Shown here: in pieces, positions 57,310 to 64,000 of the stretch
How positions within the stretch are numbered: the first letter of the stretch is position 1
Layout: every line of letters starts with the position of its first letter
Program-made: the position numbers and the translations under genes
NCBI GenBank assembly: GCA_012295275.1
Contig: CM022671.1
Location: 6,076,001-6,140,000 of the forward strand
Reading direction: 5' to 3'
DNA: 64,000 bases
Source of the DNA: Chrysomallon squamiferum
Lineage: Eukaryota; Animalia; Mollusca
Notes under the pieces: model-generated
Databases searched by the model: none
Told to the model about the DNA's origin: nothing
The model's input: the letters and a program-made list of their open reading frames with translations, nothing else

Positions 57310-58810
57310 AAAATACAAGTTATATACTGTTTATTGCTTATATGTCTGTATAAAATACCAGTTTTATATTTTTGATTGCTTGTATATTTCTGTCAAATAC
57401 TAGTTATATATTCTTTATTTCTAACATGCCTTTATCAAACACTAGTAATATATTCTTGATTGCTTATATGTCTGTTTCAAATACTAGTTATATATTCTTT
57501 ATTTCTTACATGTCTGTATCAAATACTAGTTATATATTCTTTATTTCTTACATGTCTGTATCAAATACTAGTTATATATTCTTTATTTCTTACGTCTGTA
57601 TCAAATATTAGTTTTATATAAATGATTTCTTACATGTCTGTACCAAACACTAGTTATATATTCTTTATTTCTTACATGTCTGTATCAAACACTAGTTATA
57701 TATTTTAGATTTTTTACATGTCTATATCAAATACTAGTTACATATTCCTGATTTCTTAAAGGTCTGTATCAAACACTAGTTATATATTCTTTATTTCTTA
57801 CCTGTCTGTATCATATACTAATTGTATATTCCTGATTTCTTACATGTCTGTACCAAACACTAGTTATATATTCTTTATTTCTTACATGTCTGTATCAAAC
57901 ACTAGTTATATATTTTAGATTTTTTACATGTCTATATCAAATACTAGTTACATATTCCTGATTTCTTAAAGGTCTGTATCAAACACTAGTTATATATTCT
58001 TTATTTCTTACCTGTCTGTATCATATACTAATTGTATATTCCTGATTTCTTACATATCTATATCAAATACCAGTTATATATTTTAGATTTTTTACATGTC
58101 TATATCAAATACTAGTTACATATTCCTGATTTCTTACAGGTCTGTATCAAACACTAGTTATATATTCTTTATTTCTTACCTGTCTGTATAAAATACTAAT
58201 TATATATTCTTTATTTCTTACATGTCTATATCATATATTAATTATATATTCTTTATTTCTTACCTATCTGTATCATATACTAATTATATATTCTTTATTT
58301 CTTACCTATCTGTATCATATACTAATTATACATTCTTTATTTCTTACCTGTCTGTATCGTATACTAATTGTATATTCCTGATTTCTTACATGTCAATATC
58401 ACATACCAGTTATCTATTCTTTATTTCTTACATGTCTGTATCAAATACCAGTTATATATAAATGATTTCTTACATGTCTGTATCAAATACTAGTTATATA
58501 TTCTTTATTTCTTACATGTCTGTATAAAAGACGAGTTATATATTCTTTATATCTTATATGTCTGTATAACATATAGTTATATATTCTTTATTTCTTACAT
58601 GTCTGTATAACATATAGTTATATATTCTTTATTTCTTACATGTCTGTATAAAATACTAGTTACGTATTCCTGATTTCTTATATGTCTGTATCAAATAGTA
58701 GTTATATATAAATGATTTTTTACATGTCTGTATCAAACAGTAGTTATATAATCTTGATTGTTTATATGTATGTATCAAATACTAGTTATATAGGAATGAT
58801 TTCTTACATT
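57310..58810 (+). repeat. 42-bp AT-rich minisatellite (~35 copies) with a 210-bp higher-order duplication
   Basis: Unit TCAAATACTAGTTATATATTCTTTATTTCTTACATGTCTGTA; 57631-57840 is repeated at 57841-58050. Confidence 0.95.
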
Positions 58811-59092
58811 AAATATTAGTTGTGTTTTCGTGGTTTCGTGTCGAATACCCAATGAAAAACAGCAATATAAATTATAATAACAGAACAATCCAATATGATA
58901 GCACTGAGACTGCCATTTTCACTTACTTGTGACGTCATCTCGTATACAGCAATAAAACATATTCCTATAAGCTGAGAGAACTTGCAATGATTTCCGAATT
59001 AGCGACAAACAATCAAGTATTAACAAATTGCATGTAACAGGAACAAATACAAAGAAAAGATGAATGAATTAATGAGGATTAAGTAATAATAA

Positions 59093-59170
59093 TAAGAAGA
59101 AGAAGAAGAAGAAGAAGGAGAAGAAGAAGAAGAAGAAGAAGAAGAAGAAGAAGAAGAAGAAGAAGAAGAA
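59093..59170. repeat. (AGA)n microsatellite
   Basis: Direct inspection; a similar tract lies at 3557-3597. Confidence 0.95.
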
Positions 59171-59647
59171 AGAATATAGTTCTTAATTTGAATACAAAGG
59201 TTCCCAAACGTATCAAATCAGATCCACACTATAACTAAATAATAAATAAATAAATAAGACCAAAACTATTAATTCACTTGAAATTTAACAAAAATTAAAC
59301 TTTTCCCAATAATACAAGTTTTAGTGTTGAATTTGAAAAAACGAAAGCACAGAAACAAAAGTCAAATAAATGACATCGATATGAAAAAAACAGTGATCAC
59401 GATGAATTAAAGTAACAAGTAACAGTTTATTTATTTATATATGTTTTTTTTTTTTTTTTTTTTTTTTTTGGTATATCGTGTTTTACAACTGTCACTACTT
59501 TGTGATATGACTACGAAACTCAGTACGTAACTATTGATCATTGTATCCTTGTAACTTGCGTTTGTATTTGTTTATGTATTTATTTACTAACTTATTTACT
59601 TATTTACTTACTTATTTAGTTAGATGGTTAGTTACTTACTTATTTAT

Positions 59648-59745
59648 CTATGTATTTAATTATTTATTTACCTATGTATTTAATTATTTATTAGCCTATG
59701 TATTTAATTATTTATTTACCTATGTATTTAATTATTTATTTGCCC
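59648..59745 (+). repeat. 24-bp minisatellite, ~4 copies
   Basis: CTATGTATTTAATTATTTATTTAC repeated in tandem. Confidence 0.8.
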
Positions 59746-60969
59746 ATTTATTTATTTCACAATAATTGTTCATTTAAAACATGACTCTTACGCTAAACAA
59801 GTTTGGATAACATAAAATATTTGCGTAAATGCTTGTCTTGGTTATTGTTTGGATTGGTAAATAACTGTAATCTACGAACTAACGAGAACTGATCCTAAAA
59901 ACTGTCACTCCTAATGTTCAAACTAAAAACAACAACGCAGTTTTGTTTTGTTTTTTTCTTCAAATAAACACTAGAGTGATTACTAACAGTTACGTCAAAA
60001 CTATGTTGATGACGACATCGCTGATGAGGATCGCGTTCGCAAGTATGATGACGAAAATGATACGATGATGACGATGATGAAGGCAACTGCCATGATGATG
60101 ATGATGATAATGATGTCTGTCGTGATGATGACGATAATGACTGAACTGCAACTTTTAACTTACAACAAAAATATATATATATATATTTTAGTTGTCGTTG
60201 TTGTTGTTGCTGTTGCGACTGCTGCTGCTAAACGATGACGAAGACGCCGCAGATGACGATACTTTAAGAGGTATATCTGTAGGTCGGACACAAAAGAGAA
60301 AATTACCTTGTGTGTTGTTATCGCGGACAGCCAGACAGACAGACATACAGAGTTCAGTGACTGCTTTGAAAACACGTCTGAAAGCATAAAGCGTACATTT
60401 ACACAATCAAGTAGAATGAAATGAAAGAAAATGATGTAGTGGCGGTTTCAAAGAATTTTAGTTTTTATTTGTTTATTCATTTTGTTTTGTTTTATTTTGT
60501 TTTTATTTTATTTTATTTTATTTTATTTTATTTTATTTATTAATTTACTTGGTTACTGTGTTCATATGACGGTCTAAGTGAATGGTTTGATAAAATTGTT
60601 TAATCTAAAACATAAAAAAGTAAAACCAAAACAACCAATAACAATAATCATATATACTCTGCATTCTAGAATGTATTTAGACTATTTATTCATATCACAA
60701 AAAGTTGGACTTTAAGTCACAAGTAAATATTTCAGTTGATTTAATTTTGTATATTAATTATTCTTAGTTTGTCCATGTAATAATAAAGAATGGAAACATT
60801 TAAGTTATTGTAGTCTACCAATAACTCGACAATTTAGAACCTATGTTTATTAATTAAGAATACTTCCTATCTTGTTAAACCGTGTATGTATTATAGCCAT
60901 ATTTATTTATTTATTTTCGAGAAAATAAAGTGGAATTTTATTTGTTCTTTATTTATTCTTTATCTTTTA

Positions 60970-61470
60970 AACAAACAAACAAACAAATACGTAAATAAAT
61001 AAATAAATAAAATTAAGTTAGTTTTTCAATTTCTTTCGTATAACATTAAAGTTTAATAGTGTTCATTTATTTAATAATTTCTTTATATATTTACTTATTT
61101 TCGTACTTATTTACTTATATACTTAAGTACTTACTTGCTTACTTATTTACTTACACACTAACATATTTACTTACTTACCTTCCAACTCGTTTGGTTACTA
61201 ACGTTTTCGTTTAGATACCTATTTACTATATACTTATTTATTTACTTATTTATATGATAATAAACTACCGAATTTAATAAACGTGGTAATTGATATCCAG
61301 GTATATATATATATATATATATATTTTATGTATTAGTGCGAAATATACCTGGAGCTGTCAGTTATAGCGTCAATTAAATTCGGTAGTTTATGATGATATA
61401 AATAAATGAACACTATTATACTTTAAAACAAACTGAAAAAATAACTTTGTTATATGTATGTTTGTTTGTT
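60970..61470. repeat. Diverged inverted repeat centred on (TA)n at ~61302-61324
   Basis: ATAAACTACCGAATTTAAT..TCCAGGTATAT (61260-61306) pairs with ATATACCTGGA..ATTAAATTCGGTAGTTTAT (61343-61391); outer TAATAGTGTTCATTTATTTA (~61054) pairs with TAAATAAATGAACACTATTA (~61399). Confidence 0.8.
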
Positions 61471-62624
61471 CACACACACACACACAGATATAATAAATGA
61501 CCGAGTTTAAATATGTTTTTTAATTATTATTGTTATAGATAACAACAGATGTAATTTATATATAAATCTACGTCAAACGGGTTACATTTGCAATAAATTA
61601 CTGACAGATATCCAATTCAAATTACTGATGACAATGGAGAGAGAGTTTTACATTATTAAGCATTAATCAACAACCTAGAAAAATAAAAAAAAAAAAAAAA
61701 AAAAAAAAAATAATAATAATAATAATAATAATCATAAAAAAAAAAAAATGCATTATCAATGTTAGTATATTATTTTGCTACTGTTACTTCAGTTATGCAA
61801 TAGCATTTATGTAAAAATTTAAAACGAAACTGAACTGGACTGTTTCTATATTGGTCTGGTTCGATTAAGCTCTGACTGAGAACCAGTGATGTCCATCCAA
61901 ATGTCTGTCTGACCTGTTATTCTCCGCCAGACTATCCTCGGGCTAATATCGGCCATAGCTCAGACAAACCTTGTTATTATCAGACTATGCTTCTCTTACT
62001 AAACAGATCAAATTATTTTCTAGCACGTGCTACACTTCTGTGATAAGACCTCAAACTGGTGTTTCGCGAGATAAAATCTCTAAATGAGAATATTTTTCCG
62101 ATTCTAACTTTTTTTTTATTTATTTATTAATGACTGTAGTACGTTTATCCTATCAGCGGGAAGGTGTGAATAAAACGTTCTTTACTGCTAAATGAATACG
62201 AGTAGCCCGTCGTGCTACGTTGTCGGGTTTCTTCTCTCTCTCTCTCTTTTTGTGTGGGTTTTCCGTAAACTTACGTGTAACGTCGAAAGAAACCGAAGAT
62301 TAAGAAATAGCAGGGTTGATGTTTAATGGAAAACTTTTTACTGTTAGTTTTGATAATTACCTCAGGTTCCGCTTCGCCCAGTTTTCTGTCTATATCTGAA
62401 AAATATTTCTTTACTGTAAACCTTGTGTTAAATACAACCGATCATTTCTACATGACAAATATTAAATAAAAAGTAAAACAGGTAAAGAAGATTATATAAA
62501 TACGTATATCTGAGTACGTACGGGTATATATATTTGTGTTCTGTGTTCATACGTTTGTATGTAGGTGTGTTTTTATGTGTCTGTGTATATGTTTGTTTGT
62601 ACGTGTCTACCTATAATAATGTTT

Positions 62625-62659
<35 letters not shown>

Positions 62660-62758
62660 TATGTACAAATTAATGTAATTGTATAATTAAAATTAAAATG
62701 TATTTGAACGTCTGTGTGGTTGTGTACCTGCGAGTGTGTGTATATGTGTCTGTGTGTA

Positions 62759-62789
<31 letters not shown>

Positions 62790-62808
<19 letters not shown>

Positions 62809-62955
62809 AAAATGTGTGTATGTGTTTAAAATATAATATATACGAACCTCATTTGTTGTTTTTGTGTTGTGTGTGTGTATGTGTGTGTGAAAATGTGTGT
62901 ATCTGTTTAAAATATAATATATACGAACCTCTGTTGTTGTTGTTTTTGTGTGCGT
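62790..62955 (+). repeat. ~80-bp direct tandem duplication adjoining (GT)n
   Basis: GAAAATGTGTGTAT(G/C)TGTTTAAAATATAATATATACGAACCTC at ~62808 and ~62889. Confidence 0.85.
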
Positions 62956-64000
62956 ATACGTATGGCTTTCTGTGTGTGCTGCGTGCGTGATACACAAAGT
63001 CACACAAGTATTGTATTACGCAATACAACGTCGTCAATGCATACGTCTTCTCTGCTCTGAATATGCTGCAACTATTGAAATCTGTGACCTGAAGGATTAA
63101 ACAAGAACGTAGATGATAAAGATTTAAGAATCTACAGTGACGCATATGAGTCTATTTTTAAAACCTTTCTTTAAGTGAACACAAGAAAAAATGTATTAAT
63201 TTTATCTAAACAGCGCTCTGCTTAGCTGTGCTGGTGAATATATTCTAGTTCAGAGAAAAAAAAAAAAAATAAATAAAAAGAGAAGACGAAGAAAAGTAAA
63301 TACAATAATAATACATAGTTTATATTTTGTCGTACGTGCGTGACTTATATGTGCAATCAAACGTAGAAATGCATCCACGCACACACAGACACACATACAA
63401 CACACACGCACATATATACACACACAAACAGATACACACAGACATACACAGACACAGAACACACACACAGACACAAAAAAGGCATATAATCCAAAACAAT
63501 TATTAAAAACAAAATAAAACAATAAAAATAAAATAAAATAAAATATAAAAATGTTTATTTATTTATTTATTTATTTTGTTGTTGTTGTTGTTTTGACTTC
63601 TTCTTAGCGTCTTCCTGTAATTCGTTTCATTTATTTACTTTTTTTAATTTATTATTTTATCTGATTTTTGCAGCATATAAAAATAATAATACTTACCTAC
63701 TTCGCCGAATTATTTTTCAACATGATTATAATGATACTGATGATTATTACAATATTAATGATGATGATGATTATGATGATGACTATCACATAATGATGAC
63801 ATCAGCTAATCGGTTAACAGCAAAACATATTGTGCACACTCACAAGATAAAAAAACAACAACTTTATCATGACTTTAACAAAGGTAGACTGCAACTCATG
63901 GTTAGATAGCTTGTCTGAAATGCGTCAGGTCGCTGGATCTTCCCTCTCAGCTTGCCCACTGCGTTATTTTCCCACTCCAACAAGTGCTCTCAAGCTTACT

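Noticed and set aside
57372-58461. ORFs with 14-aa repeats (SYMSVSNTSYIFFI)
   Set aside because: A by-product of the 42-bp unit; other units contain stops.
63865-64000. GC-richer window end with a short open minus-strand frame
   Set aside because: All three minus-strand frames contain stops near the edge, and the segment is truncated by the window.

Overview
AT-rich, microsatellite-dense eukaryotic (animal) genomic DNA; a mollusc is plausible, but that is inference. The only well-supported protein-coding gene lies on the minus strand and has 3 exons: 30133-30122, 23537-18980 and 17927-15407. It encodes a ~2,360-aa, largely disordered nuclear protein with 3 AT-hooks, 9 widely spaced C2H2 zinc fingers and a PLDLS CtBP-binding motif. 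The reading frame is broken by three single-base frameshifts (~21510, ~16880, ~16320). Upstream are a GC-box/CCAAT/CRE promoter and an in-frame uORF. Most of the gene body is CpG-depleted and nearly free of long microsatellites, unlike the flanks. The flanks contain many simple repeats, 42-bp and ~49/63-bp minisatellites, local tandem triplications, a recurring class of fold-back inverted duplications centred on (TA)n/(CA)n tracts, and many perfect TGACGTCA sites. Nearly all other ORFs in the supplied track are microsatellite or antisense artefacts. No rRNA, tRNA, CRISPR array or intact transposase was recognised.
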